From: Phycisphaerales bacterium
Lineage (GTDB): Bacteria > Planctomycetota > Phycisphaerae > Sedimentisphaerales > Anaerobacaceae
Assembly (NCBI GenBank): GCA_003170415.1
Contig: PMZJ01000041.1
Coordinates: 22,520 to 86,519 of the forward strand
Direction of reading: 5' to 3'
DNA: 64,000 nucleotides
The translations under genes and the position numbers were made by a program. The notes under the pieces were generated by a model. It saw nothing but the letters and a program-made list of their open reading frames with translations. It ran no database searches and was not told where the DNA came from. Numbering within the stretch: the first letter of the stretch is position 1; each line of letters starts with the position of its first letter. Of this stretch, positions 1 through 9,563 are shown piece by piece.

Positions 1-100
1 CACTAATGGCTTGGCCATCCCTTTGCCGAAAGGCATCCCTTCCGGGACCGGGAGGCACTAAGTCGATTTTAGATTATTTCGGCGGGGTTCTTCGACTAAT

Positions 101-1033
101 ATGGCCCCAGTTGCGATTACAGTCAAAAATACAAGTAAAAGTTTCGGCAAGGTGAATGCCGTCCGCGACCTGAGTTTCGAGGTCGAGGCCGATACCTGCT
201 ATGGTTTCCTGGGTCCAAACGGCGCAGGCAAGACAACGATGATGAAGATGCTCTACGGCAAATGCACAATCGAGAACGCAGACGGCGCATCTATCGACGT
301 GTTCGGCTATAACCCCGTTAAAGACGAGCTTGCAATCAAATATCTATCGGGCGTCGTCCCGCAGGAAAACAATCTTGACGAGGAGCTTGACGTAATAAGC
401 AACCTGATGGTTTATTCGCGGTTTTATGCACTGCCGCGCAAGGCCGCCACGAGCAGGATTGATTACCTTCTTGGGTTTATGGAATTGTCGGACAAACGCA
501 CCGCCAGAATCAGGGAGCTTTCGGGCGGTATGCAGCGGCGATTGATTATCGCGCGTGCGCTGATGAATAATCCGAAACTTTTAATCCTCGATGAACCCAC
601 CACGGGCCTTGACCCGCAGGTGCGACACTTGATATGGGACAAGCTGCGACAGCTCAAAAGGCACGGCACAACGATTCTTTTGACGACGCACTATATGGAA
701 GAGGCGTTTGCGCTTTGCGATACGATTTTGATTATGGATAAAGGGGCCGGAATGCTTCGCGGGTCGCCGGCTGAACTGCTGGCGAAAAATGTCGAGAAGC
801 ACGTTCTTGAAATTACGGGCAGTCATTCGCTTGAAGCGATAGCAGACGGCACGATACTGCAAAAGCTTCGAATCGACCGCACGCAGGAGACAACGCGGGT
901 GTATTGTGATGATGACCAGCTTCTGCGGCAATTGGCCGGTCGATTAGAGGGCGCACATTACTTTTTGAGACAGGCGAATCTTGAAGATGTGTTCTTAAAG
1001 GCAACAGGCAGGGCGCTAAATGAAAGACAATAG
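101..1033 (+). CDS. ABC transporter ATP-binding protein (ABC-2 / NodI-DrrA type)
   Basis: Walker A GPNGAGKTT, ABC signature LSGGMQRRL, Walker B LLILDEPT. Overlaps the downstream permease by 14 nt. Confidence 0.9.
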   Translation: MAPVAITVKNTSKSFGKVNAVRDLSFEVEADTCYGFLGPNGAGKTTMMKMLYGKCTIENADGASIDVFGYNPVKDELAIKYLSGVVPQENNLDEELDVISNLMVYSRFYALPRKAATSRIDYLLGFMELSDKRTARIRELSGGMQRRLIIARALMNNPKLLILDEPTTGLDPQVRHLIWDKLRQLKRHGTTILLTTHYMEEAFALCDTILIMDKGAGMLRGSPAELLAKNVEKHVLEITGSHSLEAIADGTILQKLRIDRTQETTRVYCDDDQLLRQLAGRLEGAHYFLRQANLEDVFLKATGRALNERQ

Positions 1034-1811
1034 GCCATATCTTTATCCGCCGCTTGCCAGCCGATTGTTCAGCGTCTGGTTCCGGCATATGCGGGTCTAT
1101 ACGAAAAATATCTTCAGCAACGGGTTGCCTCCGTTTCTTGAGCCGCTGATTTTTTTGGCGGGCGTCGGCTTAGGTCTGGGCAAATACATAACCCAGTCGA
1201 TGGAAGGGCTTACCTATATCGAGTTTCTCGGGACAGGACTTCTTATGACAGCGGCGATGTTTACCGCGTCGTTCGAATGTACATTCGGCACATTTATCAG
1301 GATGGAATTCGAGAAGGTTTATGATGGGATGCTGGCTGCGCCGATTACCGCCAACAACCTGATTATCGGGGAAATCATCTGGGCGGGGACAAAGGGATTT
1401 TTCTTCTCGTTTGCAGTGCTGTGCGTGCTGACCTGTTTCGGCATAATATCTTTGCCGCGCGGTTTGCTCGCGCCGTTTATAGGGTTTTTTACGGGAATGA
1501 TGTTTTCCGTTATGGCGTTATTGGTAACGTCATTTGTCAGGACGATTAATCATTTCAATTTTTATTTTTCAGGTTTTATCTCGCCGATGTTTTTCTTTTC
1601 GGGCGTGGTCTTTCCGATTTCAAATCTGCCCGCTTATGTTCGCCCCTTCGCCGAGATTATTCCATTGACGCATTCCGTCCGTCTCACCCGCGCCGTCTGT
1701 GCAGGCCAATACCACTGGTATCTTCTGCTCGATATGCTTTACATCATCGCCTTTATCATCGTCGTCGGCTTTTTCGCAGTCAAACGACTCAAAAAACGAC
1801 TGGTATATTAA
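1020..1811 (+). CDS. ABC-2 type transporter permease
   Basis: 263-aa polytopic hydrophobic ORF, translationally coupled to the ATPase. NodJ/DrrB-like layout. Confidence 0.8.
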   Translation: MKDNRPYLYPPLASRLFSVWFRHMRVYTKNIFSNGLPPFLEPLIFLAGVGLGLGKYITQSMEGLTYIEFLGTGLLMTAAMFTASFECTFGTFIRMEFEKVYDGMLAAPITANNLIIGEIIWAGTKGFFFSFAVLCVLTCFGIISLPRGLLAPFIGFFTGMMFSVMALLVTSFVRTINHFNFYFSGFISPMFFFSGVVFPISNLPAYVRPFAEIIPLTHSVRLTRAVCAGQYHWYLLLDMLYIIAFIIVVGFFAVKRLKKRLVY

Positions 1812-1884
1812 ATCAAGCATTCTATAATTAAGGATAGTTTGGATGATAAAATATTTGTCTCGGTAAGGATGAAGGAGGTCCCCA

Positions 1885-3363
1885 ATGAGAGCTTTTGTTT
1901 TCTTAACGGCAGTATTGGCAAGTTTGCTATTAGTGGCAGGCCCGGCCAAATCAGAAGAAGCTGCGCAGAGTCCGGTCGGGAGCTGGCAAAGTGTTGATTA
2001 TGTCGAAAATATAGAGAGCTTCAAACCGGATAAAAAAAGCTGGCAGGGCGAGCTTTTCCTTAAAGAAATTGAATTCCTCGATGGCGGCAGAACTTCTCTT
2101 GCTTTTCGGTGGGAAAATGACTGGCTGCTGCACGAGGACGGCAAAACCAAAGCACAGTATTACATCAGGCAGATGGACAACTCGATGTATCTTTTTATGC
2201 CTTGGTTAAGCGGCGATGTCGCAATTCGTGGTCAGAAACCATGGTATTATGTTCTCAAAAAAGTTTCCGATAAAACACAACCGTCGGGCAAAGAGCAAAC
2301 TGCTACGCATGGACCCCAAGGGGCTTTCCGGGCCATCGAACCCGTCGATTCCGTCAAGGAATTCGATGATGTTCGTGACAGGGACCTGAGCAAACTACGG
2401 CCGGCGGCGGTTGTCGCTGTCATTTCTACGCTCGATTTCAATAAAGACACCGTTTGGCCCGACCAGAATCTGCCTCCCGGAAAACGCCCGGAGAAGCTGC
2501 TTGAAGAAGCAATGAATCCCGGCCTGGGCGTAAGAGCGCTTCACCGTCAGGGGATAACAGGCAAGGGTGTCAACGTTGCGATTATCGACCAGGGGCTTTA
2601 TCAGGACCATCCGGAATTTGCAGGCAAGATAGTCGCTTATTATGACTCCGGATGCAATTCCGAAAGCAGTATGCACGGTCCTGCTGTCGCCAGTTTACTC
2701 GTAGGGGCCAACTGCGGGACTGCGCCTGACGCGAAGTTATATTATGCAGCGGCGCCGTCCTGGCTGAAGGATTCCTCCTATTACGCCAAGGCAATTGACT
2801 GGATAATCGAACAAAATTCAAAACTTCCTGCCGGCCAGAAGATTCGCGTTGTCTCAGTTTCTGCGGCCCCATCCGGGGAGGGTTCGCCCTTTGAAAAAAA
2901 TCAGCAGATGTGGGACCAGGCCTGCGCTCGTGCCGAGGCCGCAGGCCTCCTTGTCCTTGATTGCACCAGGCACCATGGTATCATTGGGCGATGTTTTTTT
3001 GATGCGGGGAATCGCGAAGACCCTTCGCAATGTTTGATAGGCATGCATCCCGGTGACAAAGTAGATCCAATGGATGATAGAGTTTACGCCCCAAGTGGTC
3101 CTCGAACAACGGCCGAACAGTATCAAGAAAACCGATTCACTTATCAGTATAATGGCCGGGGTGGCCTGAGCTGGACTATACCATACGTCGCGGGCGTTCT
3201 TGCTATGGGCTGGCAGGTAAATCCGGGTCTTGGACCGGAGCAAATGAAAGAGATACTTTTCAATTCGGCCGCAAAGGGACAAAACGGCGCAAAGATAATT
3301 GACCCGCAGAGATTTATCGGAATGGTCAGGACCGCCAAACCTAAAAGAGTCCCAAATCACTGA
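1885..3363 (+). CDS. secreted S8 (subtilisin-like) serine peptidase
   Basis: Signal peptide MRAFVFLTAVLASLLLVAG. Asp box VAIIDQG, His box HGPAVASLL, Ser box GLSWTIPYVAG. Confidence 0.72.
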   Translation: MRAFVFLTAVLASLLLVAGPAKSEEAAQSPVGSWQSVDYVENIESFKPDKKSWQGELFLKEIEFLDGGRTSLAFRWENDWLLHEDGKTKAQYYIRQMDNSMYLFMPWLSGDVAIRGQKPWYYVLKKVSDKTQPSGKEQTATHGPQGAFRAIEPVDSVKEFDDVRDRDLSKLRPAAVVAVISTLDFNKDTVWPDQNLPPGKRPEKLLEEAMNPGLGVRALHRQGITGKGVNVAIIDQGLYQDHPEFAGKIVAYYDSGCNSESSMHGPAVASLLVGANCGTAPDAKLYYAAAPSWLKDSSYYAKAIDWIIEQNSKLPAGQKIRVVSVSAAPSGEGSPFEKNQQMWDQACARAEAAGLLVLDCTRHHGIIGRCFFDAGNREDPSQCLIGMHPGDKVDPMDDRVYAPSGPRTTAEQYQENRFTYQYNGRGGLSWTIPYVAGVLAMGWQVNPGLGPEQMKEILFNSAAKGQNGAKIIDPQRFIGMVRTAKPKRVPNH

Positions 3364-4244
3364 CTTAATGCGGCGATTACGCTCATTGCGTTAAAAAGCG
3401 CGTGGACAAAGATGGAACGGAAAAGCGACCCGCTTTTTTCATAAGTATAGCCGAGGCAAATCGACAGGGCGAACAAGGCGGGCCAGTGCGGGGCGTTGGC
3501 GTGAAAAACAACGAAGACAAACGATGCCAGAAAAATCGCGGGCCAGGGTCTGACGATATATGACCGAAAAAGAGTTTGGAGCATCCCGCGGAAAATAAGC
3601 TCCTCGACAAACGGCACGACCACAACAGCGGTGAAAACAATCAGGACGCGAACCTGCCACTGGGAATAGGCGATGATTTCCTTTAATTCCTCGTGCTGGG
3701 GCATTTGAAATTTGTCGCCTAAGATTAATTTGCCGATTATGGTTGTCAGGATAATCGCGCCGAGGACGGCCGGCATAACGGCTAACAAATTGAGCAAAGC
3801 GGCGACAAAATCACGTGGAATGGTTCTCGGATTAAGCCCAAGACCCTTGAGGCCGCGGACAAAAGCTATTTTTGCTATTATTACGCTCGTCACGAGTGCG
3901 GGGATTACGCCGACGCAAAGCACCAGATTTTCCGCGATTGCATTTTGCCAGTCGGGCAGGGCCGCCAACAATTTTTCCTTGATGAAAAGCAACACTGATA
4001 CCGTCCCGAACCACAAAAAAAACGGTACAAGAGCCAATAGGGGCGGCATATTATTTTCCCGGGGCGGTGCGTTGTCGAGCGCCTTTGTGCCCAGAGATGT
4101 CCTGATTGCCCAGACAGACAGCACCAATGTGCCGCCCAGGCAGACAATGAGGTCCGCTATGGTGGTCTGGCCGCCAAGCTCTTCGAGAATACTTGCTATC
4201 TTTGCGATATCCACAATTGCCGCTGTCTCTCTTGATAAAAACAA
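3357..4244 (-). CDS. CPBP family intramembrane glutamic endopeptidase (CAAX/Abi-like)
   Basis: Polytopic membrane ORF with EELIFRG, FHAN and HALFN motifs. Confidence 0.8.
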   Translation of the reverse strand: MFLSRETAAIVDIAKIASILEELGGQTTIADLIVCLGGTLVLSVWAIRTSLGTKALDNAPPRENNMPPLLALVPFFLWFGTVSVLLFIKEKLLAALPDWQNAIAENLVLCVGVIPALVTSVIIAKIAFVRGLKGLGLNPRTIPRDFVAALLNLLAVMPAVLGAIILTTIIGKLILGDKFQMPQHEELKEIIAYSQWQVRVLIVFTAVVVVPFVEELIFRGMLQTLFRSYIVRPWPAIFLASFVFVVFHANAPHWPALFALSICLGYTYEKSGSLFRSIFVHALFNAMSVIAALSQ

Positions 4245-4296
4245 TCGTTTGTATTACCATACACGAAGTCGATTTCGCTTTTCAAGGAAAATAGAT

Positions 4297-5574
4297 ATGG
4301 ACACATTTCGAATCGAAGGACCGGTTCGGCTTTCGGGTACGGTATCCGTCAACGGGTCGAAGAACGCGTCACTGCCGATTATGGCAGCGGCGATACTGGC
4401 GCCGGGCAAATCAATCCTGAGGGGCGCTCCCCGGCTTTCGGATATTTCGGTTTTTGGACAGTTGCTCGTGGACATCGGCTGCAAGGTGGCGAGAGAACCC
4501 AACGGCGATATCAGCATTGACTCGACCACAATAGGCAAACCCGTGGGCGAATATGACATCGTCCGCAAGATGCGGGCGGGAATTTGTATTCTCGGCCCGC
4601 TTCTGGCGCGGTGCGGCAAGGCCCAGGTCTCGATGCCCGGCGGCTGCGCAATTGGTTATCGCCCGGTCGATATCCACCTTCGCGGCCTGCGCGAGCTTGG
4701 GGTTCATATTGACCTCGAAAACGGCTACATCGTCGCGGACGCGACAAAGGGCTTGCGGGGCAGCGAGATATTTTTGGGCGGGCCTTTCGGCTCAACTGTT
4801 CTTGGCACGGCAAATGTGATGATGGCGGCGACATTAGCCAAAGGCAAAACGGTAATCGAATCCGCGGCCTGTGAGCCGGAAGTTACAGATTTGGCGAACT
4901 GCCTCAACAAAATGGGCGCAAAAATAACCGGCATCGGCTCGCCTCGTCTGACAATCGAGGGCGTCAAGCAGCTAAAACCTTTCGAATACGAAGTTATACC
5001 TGACCGCATTGAGGCAGGGACATTTATGGCAGCAGCCGCAATTACAAAAGGTTGCCTGCATATACAAAACTGCCGGCTCGGAGACCTGATGGCGGTCGTT
5101 GACAAGCTCCGCAATATCGGTGTTACCGTAGAGGCCGAAAATTCCGGGTGTATAGTCGCCTGCTCAGGGCACGTCAGGCCGACAGATATCACAACCCAGC
5201 CCTATCCAGGTTTTCCCACCGACCTTCAGGCGCAATTTATGGCGTTGCTGGCCCTGGCGGAGGGAAACAGCATTATAATCGAAAAGATTTTCCCGGACAG
5301 GTTTATGCACGTCGCGGAGCTTGCGCGAATGGCAGCCGACCTGAGAAAAGAAGGAGCGGCTGTAATTGTATCGGGGGTAAAGAAACTTGTCGCGGCACCG
5401 GTTATGGCGTCGGACCTGCGCGCATCAGCGGCTCTTGTAATAGCGGCACTGGCTGCAGAAGGCACAACCGTAATCAACAGGGTTTATCACATCGACCGCG
5501 GCTACGAAAAAATCGAGGAGCGGCTTAATCCCGTCGGCGCAAAAATCACCCGTGAAGGCGACGGTTCGGTATAG
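4297..5574 (+). CDS. murA: UDP-N-acetylglucosamine 1-carboxyvinyltransferase
   Basis: MDTFRIEGPVRLSGTVSVNGSKNASLPIMAAAIL N-terminus and active-site PGGCAIGYRPVD. The in-frame ATG at 4297 is taken as the start; the longer ORF from 3712 is antisense to the CPBP gene. Confidence 0.93.
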   Translation: MDTFRIEGPVRLSGTVSVNGSKNASLPIMAAAILAPGKSILRGAPRLSDISVFGQLLVDIGCKVAREPNGDISIDSTTIGKPVGEYDIVRKMRAGICILGPLLARCGKAQVSMPGGCAIGYRPVDIHLRGLRELGVHIDLENGYIVADATKGLRGSEIFLGGPFGSTVLGTANVMMAATLAKGKTVIESAACEPEVTDLANCLNKMGAKITGIGSPRLTIEGVKQLKPFEYEVIPDRIEAGTFMAAAAITKGCLHIQNCRLGDLMAVVDKLRNIGVTVEAENSGCIVACSGHVRPTDITTQPYPGFPTDLQAQFMALLALAEGNSIIIEKIFPDRFMHVAELARMAADLRKEGAAVIVSGVKKLVAAPVMASDLRASAALVIAALAAEGTTVINRVYHIDRGYEKIEERLNPVGAKITREGDGSV

Positions 5575-5583
5575 GACTAAAAG

Positions 5584-6138
5584 ATGAAGAAGATTCTTGC
5601 AGTCATCGGCAGTCCTCGCAAGGGCGGCAATACTGATTTGCTTGTCCGCAAATTGGTCGAAGGGGCGGTGTCGAAAGGTGCGCAGGTCGATACGATTTGG
5701 CTGGCGGGCTTGAATATCCGTGAGTGCGACGGCTGTCATGTCTGCTGGAAAGGCAAACCCTGCTGCAAACGCGACGATATGCTCGGGCTGTATCAGAAAA
5801 TAAGCGAAAGCGACGCGATTGTGTTCGGCACACCTGTTTACTGGTTTGGGCCTACGGCGATAATGAAGGCGTTTATAGACCGGTTCGTGTATTTCAACTG
5901 CCCTGAAAACAGGGTGAAAATCAAAGGCAAAAACACGGCTACAATAATACCTTTCGAAGACGACGACCTCGACACCGCAAGACCTCTCGTTGAGCTTTTT
6001 GAAAAGTCGTTCGACTACCTTGAGATGCGATTAGTCGGCAGCGTAGTTGTGGGCGGGGTGGGCGAGAAGGGCGATGTTCTCAAAAAGCCGGACCGGCTGA
6101 ATGAGGCGTACGAACTGGGCATTCGGCTGGCGGATTAA
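5584..6138 (+). CDS. iron-sulfur flavoprotein-like NADPH-dependent FMN reductase (flavodoxin fold)
   Basis: ILAVIGSPRKGGNT N-terminus and Cys cluster CDGCHVCWKGKPCC. Resembles archaeal/bacterial Isf. Confidence 0.75.
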   Translation: MKKILAVIGSPRKGGNTDLLVRKLVEGAVSKGAQVDTIWLAGLNIRECDGCHVCWKGKPCCKRDDMLGLYQKISESDAIVFGTPVYWFGPTAIMKAFIDRFVYFNCPENRVKIKGKNTATIIPFEDDDLDTARPLVELFEKSFDYLEMRLVGSVVVGGVGEKGDVLKKPDRLNEAYELGIRLAD

Positions 6139-6223
6139 CCGATGTGAGCTACAAAGTTTAGCACCTGCCGCGGCAACCTTCGTATAACCCGTAAAATTTT
6201 GTTTATACAGAAACAATAACTTT

Positions 6224-6988
6224 ATGAAATGGTCGATAAACGCAGGCCGGCTGTTCGGCATACAATTCCGCATTCACGTTACGTTCTTTTTGCTGCTGCT
6301 GTATGTGTTCTTCTCGGATATAAAGGAGGGCTTTGGGCAGGCCGGGTTGTCGGTGCTGTTCGTGTGCGCGATATTCGCCTGCGTTGTAATTCACGAGCTT
6401 TCGCACAGTTTGGTCGCCCGCCATTTCGGCAGGGAGCCAAAGAGCATCACACTGCTGCCCATAGGGGGCGTCGCCGCAATCGATATGATGCCGACCAAGC
6501 CGTCGCAGGAAATAGTGATATCGATCGTCGGCCCGGCCACAAATATCGCGATAGCGATTCTGCTTGTCTTATTTGGCGGCTCGTCAATAGCTGCTGCTCT
6601 CAATAAGAGCGTCAATCCGACCACGTCTCAATTATTCATCGTAAATCTTATTGTGGCCAACATAGTGCTGGCAGTGTTCAATCTCATACCGGCGCTGCCT
6701 ATGGACGGCGGCAGGGTTTTTAGAAGCATTCTTGCGTTGAAATTTGGTTTTCTGCGAGCTACGTTGTGGGCGGTAACAGTCGGCAAAGTAATAGCCGTTC
6801 TTTTTGTCGTCCTCGGGTTTTTCTACAACCCGTGGCTTGTGCTGATTGGCCTTTTCATTTTCGCCGGCGCAAACAGCGAAAGGCAGCAGGCAATCTACCT
6901 GACGATGCTTGCTCAAAGACCGCCCGATTTGACAATACCGCCCGAATATATTAACTTAAACCAGGATGACCGGATTACGCGGCAATAA
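6224..6988 (+). CDS. M50 family (site-2 protease-like) membrane metallopeptidase
   Basis: HELSHSLVA (HExxH) and NLIPALPMDGGR motifs in a polytopic ORF. Confidence 0.85.
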   Translation: MKWSINAGRLFGIQFRIHVTFFLLLLYVFFSDIKEGFGQAGLSVLFVCAIFACVVIHELSHSLVARHFGREPKSITLLPIGGVAAIDMMPTKPSQEIVISIVGPATNIAIAILLVLFGGSSIAAALNKSVNPTTSQLFIVNLIVANIVLAVFNLIPALPMDGGRVFRSILALKFGFLRATLWAVTVGKVIAVLFVVLGFFYNPWLVLIGLFIFAGANSERQQAIYLTMLAQRPPDLTIPPEYINLNQDDRITRQ

Positions 6989-7035
6989 CCGCGTAGCCAG
7001 ACAATATCACCGTTATCGATTGGAGGTATAAGGAT

Positions 7036-8280
7036 ATGTCGAGGCGAGATGACAAAGGAATCGGTCGCAGGGATTTTCTGAAGACAGCGGGATTGATAGG
7101 CGTGGGCAGCGTAATCACGGCGGCAAAAGTCAACGCGGCTGATGCCAATGGGCAGAATGTGCCGGCGGCACAGCCCCCAATTCAAAAAGTGCCGAAACGA
7201 AAACTCGGCAAAACGGGAGTCGAAGTCCCAATACTATCGCTTGGCTTTGGCAGGCCCGGCGAACAGGCGGTTTTGAGGCAGTCTCTCGACTGGGGCGTAA
7301 ATCACTGGGATACGTCGCTGGCGGCGGCAAACGGGGCGAGCGAACAAAGCATCGGCGATTTTATCGCAAAAAATCCCGACCGCCGGAAAGATATATTCCT
7401 CGTTACAAAGGAAAATAAATCGAAAACGCCCGACGATTTGGGAAAATGCCTGCAAACATCACTGAAGCAGCTCAATACGAATTACATCGACCTGTATTTC
7501 GGCGTTTATATGGTAAATGATATGGTCCGGCTGACCGACGACGTAAAAAACTGGGCCCAAAACGCCAAGAAGCAAGGCGTGATAAAACACTTCGGCTTCA
7601 CCACCCACGAGAATATGCCTCAGTGTCTTATGGCCGCCTCAAAGCTCGATTGGATTGACGCCATAATGATGAAGTATGACTTCCGGCTAATGCAGGATAA
7701 GCAGATGCAGGACGCAATCGATGCCTGCCACAAAGCGGGTATCGGGCTTATCGCAATGAAGACGCAGGCAATGCGACAACGCAACGCCTCGACTGACCCT
7801 AATGCCGAAGCCGACAAAAAAATGCTTGCTCATTTTCTCGAAAAGGGCTTCACCGAAGGGCAGGCGAAAATAAAGGCCGTAATGGACGACCAGCGTATCA
7901 GCACGGTTTGCTCTTCGATGACCAGCACTACAATGCTGATGACCAATATTGCTGCGGCCCTCGACAAAACCAAACTTGCCGCCGAGGATATGGATGTGCT
8001 CAGGCAATACGCACAGGCGACGTGCAGCGGGTATTGCGCGGGCTGCGCGCATATTTGCGAGCCGGCGGCTTTGGGCGTGCCGGTCGGCGATATTATGCGG
8101 GCATTGATGTATCACGACAGCTACGGCGATATTGCACAGGCGAAAGCGGTGTTCGCGGAGATTCCGGCTGACGTAAAACAGCGTTTGCTGAGCGTCGATT
8201 ACAGCGTCGCGGAACACGTCTGCCCGAACCGTATGCAGATAGGCAAACTCATCGCGGACGCGGCAGCCAAACTGGCGTAG
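7036..8280 (+). CDS. Tat-signal aldo/keto reductase with C-terminal Cys cluster
   Basis: Twin-arginine signal GRRDFLKTAGLIGVGS, AKR-like core (WDTS...FLVTKE), and CSGYCAGCAHIC near the C-terminus. GGAGG lies upstream of the ATG. Confidence 0.78.
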   Translation: MSRRDDKGIGRRDFLKTAGLIGVGSVITAAKVNAADANGQNVPAAQPPIQKVPKRKLGKTGVEVPILSLGFGRPGEQAVLRQSLDWGVNHWDTSLAAANGASEQSIGDFIAKNPDRRKDIFLVTKENKSKTPDDLGKCLQTSLKQLNTNYIDLYFGVYMVNDMVRLTDDVKNWAQNAKKQGVIKHFGFTTHENMPQCLMAASKLDWIDAIMMKYDFRLMQDKQMQDAIDACHKAGIGLIAMKTQAMRQRNASTDPNAEADKKMLAHFLEKGFTEGQAKIKAVMDDQRISTVCSSMTSTTMLMTNIAAALDKTKLAAEDMDVLRQYAQATCSGYCAGCAHICEPAALGVPVGDIMRALMYHDSYGDIAQAKAVFAEIPADVKQRLLSVDYSVAEHVCPNRMQIGKLIADAAAKLA

Positions 8281-8300
8281 GCAGTTGCGGGAAACAAGTT

Positions 8301-8720
8301 ATGATTCGGATAACCGATGACACGGTCATCAGCGAGGGTGATATCGTTTATCGATTTTCCCGCAGCGCCGGCCCCGGCGGGCAGAACGTCAACAAGGTCA
8401 ATACCCGCGTTACGCTTCTTTTTGATATTAACCACAGTCGAGGTTTAACGGCTGAACAAAAAGAGCTTCTGTTTGACCGGCTTTCGTCGCGGATTTCAGA
8501 CGACGGATTTTTGACGGTTGTCTCACAGAGGCACAGGACCCAAAGCGCAAATCGCAAATCAGCACAAAACCGTCTCGTCGAATTGCTCAAATTTGCCTTG
8601 AGAGATATACCCGTAAGAAAAGAAACCGGTGTTCCGCACGGTGAAAAGCGGAAACGCCTGCTCCGCAAACGCCGACGAAGTGAAATTAAACAGATGAGAA
8701 GATCGGTAAAGTTAGATTAA
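8301..8720 (+). CDS. arfB: alternative ribosome-rescue factor / peptidyl-tRNA hydrolase ArfB
   Basis: 139 aa with GGQ motif (GPGGQNVNKVNT) and a basic C-terminal tail, as in YaeJ/ArfB. Confidence 0.85.
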   Translation: MIRITDDTVISEGDIVYRFSRSAGPGGQNVNKVNTRVTLLFDINHSRGLTAEQKELLFDRLSSRISDDGFLTVVSQRHRTQSANRKSAQNRLVELLKFALRDIPVRKETGVPHGEKRKRLLRKRRRSEIKQMRRSVKLD

Positions 8721-8722
8721 AC

Positions 8723-8847
8723 CCTCATTTTTACGCTGAAAACGGTACTTGCCCCTCATTTAGACGCTAAAAACGCAACTTGCCCTTCGGTTTAGAGAAA
8801 AAAACCTCATTATTACACTGAAAACGATACTTGCCCCTACTTGCCCC
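8723..8847. repeat. three degenerate ~31-nt units (CCTCATTnnnACnCTnAAAACGnnACTTGCCC) plus an extra TACTTGCCCC
   Basis: Units at 8723-8754, 8755-8785 and 8805-8837, read directly from the sequence immediately after the arfB stop. Confidence 0.8.
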
Positions 8848-8967
8848 TCGGTTTTGTGTATGGGAGGCGCTACGCGAGAAATTTGAGCAGTCGATAGTCG
8901 AAAGTTGAAAAAATAATGAGGATGAGGAATGCTGCGCTACGAGGGGTATGCAAGTTACCCAGATTAA

Positions 8968-9000
8968 CCCCGTGAGATAGCGAAACGGCATCTCACGGGG
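8968..9000. other. perfect 11-bp stem-loop (CCCCGTGAGAT / ATCTCACGGGG, 11-nt loop)
   Basis: Read directly. A T-run follows only about 11 nt later, so it is not a canonical intrinsic terminator. Confidence 0.6.
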
Positions 9001-9086
9001 TGAACACAGATTTTTTAGACGCTGATTTACGCAAAGTTACGCTTTTTTTTTGACACTGATTAACACAGGATTAACACGGTTTATGT

Positions 9087-9198
9087 CAGCCGGGGTGGCA
9101 TACTCGCAACAGTCATTTCTCGATACGAGTATCTGTGAATGCCTGCTACTCGTCTGCCGGGCGACGATGTCGCCCACGCTGTTAGTGTTTACCGGCTG
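9087..9198. other. candidate structured element (~112 nt) in a gene-free region
   Basis: Closing stem CAGCCGG 9087-9093 / CCGGCTG 9192-9198. CGAGTAT 9126-9132 can pair with ATACTCG 9100-9106 or with TACTCG 9147-9152. Hairpin GGGCGAC-gat-GTCGCCC at 9159-9175. Confidence 0.3.
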
Positions 9199-9563
9199 GT
9201 ATAAAACACAGATTTAAGATGCGGCATTCGTAGTTTGCTTCAAAGAGCGAAGAATGGCTGACAACTTTTTACTTCCTCCCTCCATGTAAAAATCATTTGT
9301 GGTGGCGCTCTCGCTGCATGCGGCGGTCTTTGCCGAAGACAACGATTGTCGAAAACATTTCGCAGTTTTGTCATATAAGTATATCCTTAACCAAAAACTT
9401 AAAACCGATTTATTTGGCAATGCTGGGGACATACTACAACTGAACAAAAATGCGGAATTTTGTTCTGTGAAGATTTTTTATTGACTCTCGGTAAGTAACG
9501 GATGATGCTGAAGTTACGTGAAAAGATTTTTTTGACTACGCATACATAGCAAAAACAACAAAA

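Noticed and set aside
3712-4296. N-terminal 195-codon extension of the murA ORF (the track ORF opens at 3712)
   Set aside because: The extension is antisense to the well-supported CPBP protease gene and is low-complexity Arg/Ser/Ala-rich. The MurA homology begins exactly at the ATG at 4297.
8723-8847. Possible CRISPR array, suggested by the ~31-nt repeated units
   Set aside because: Only three degenerate units are present. Two are directly adjacent without spacers, and there are no cas genes in the window.
9087-9198. Possible tRNA or tmRNA in the gene-free stretch
   Set aside because: No cloverleaf geometry, no GTTCRANNC T-loop box, and no acceptor/CCA-type arrangement could be drawn. It is kept only as an unclassified structured element.
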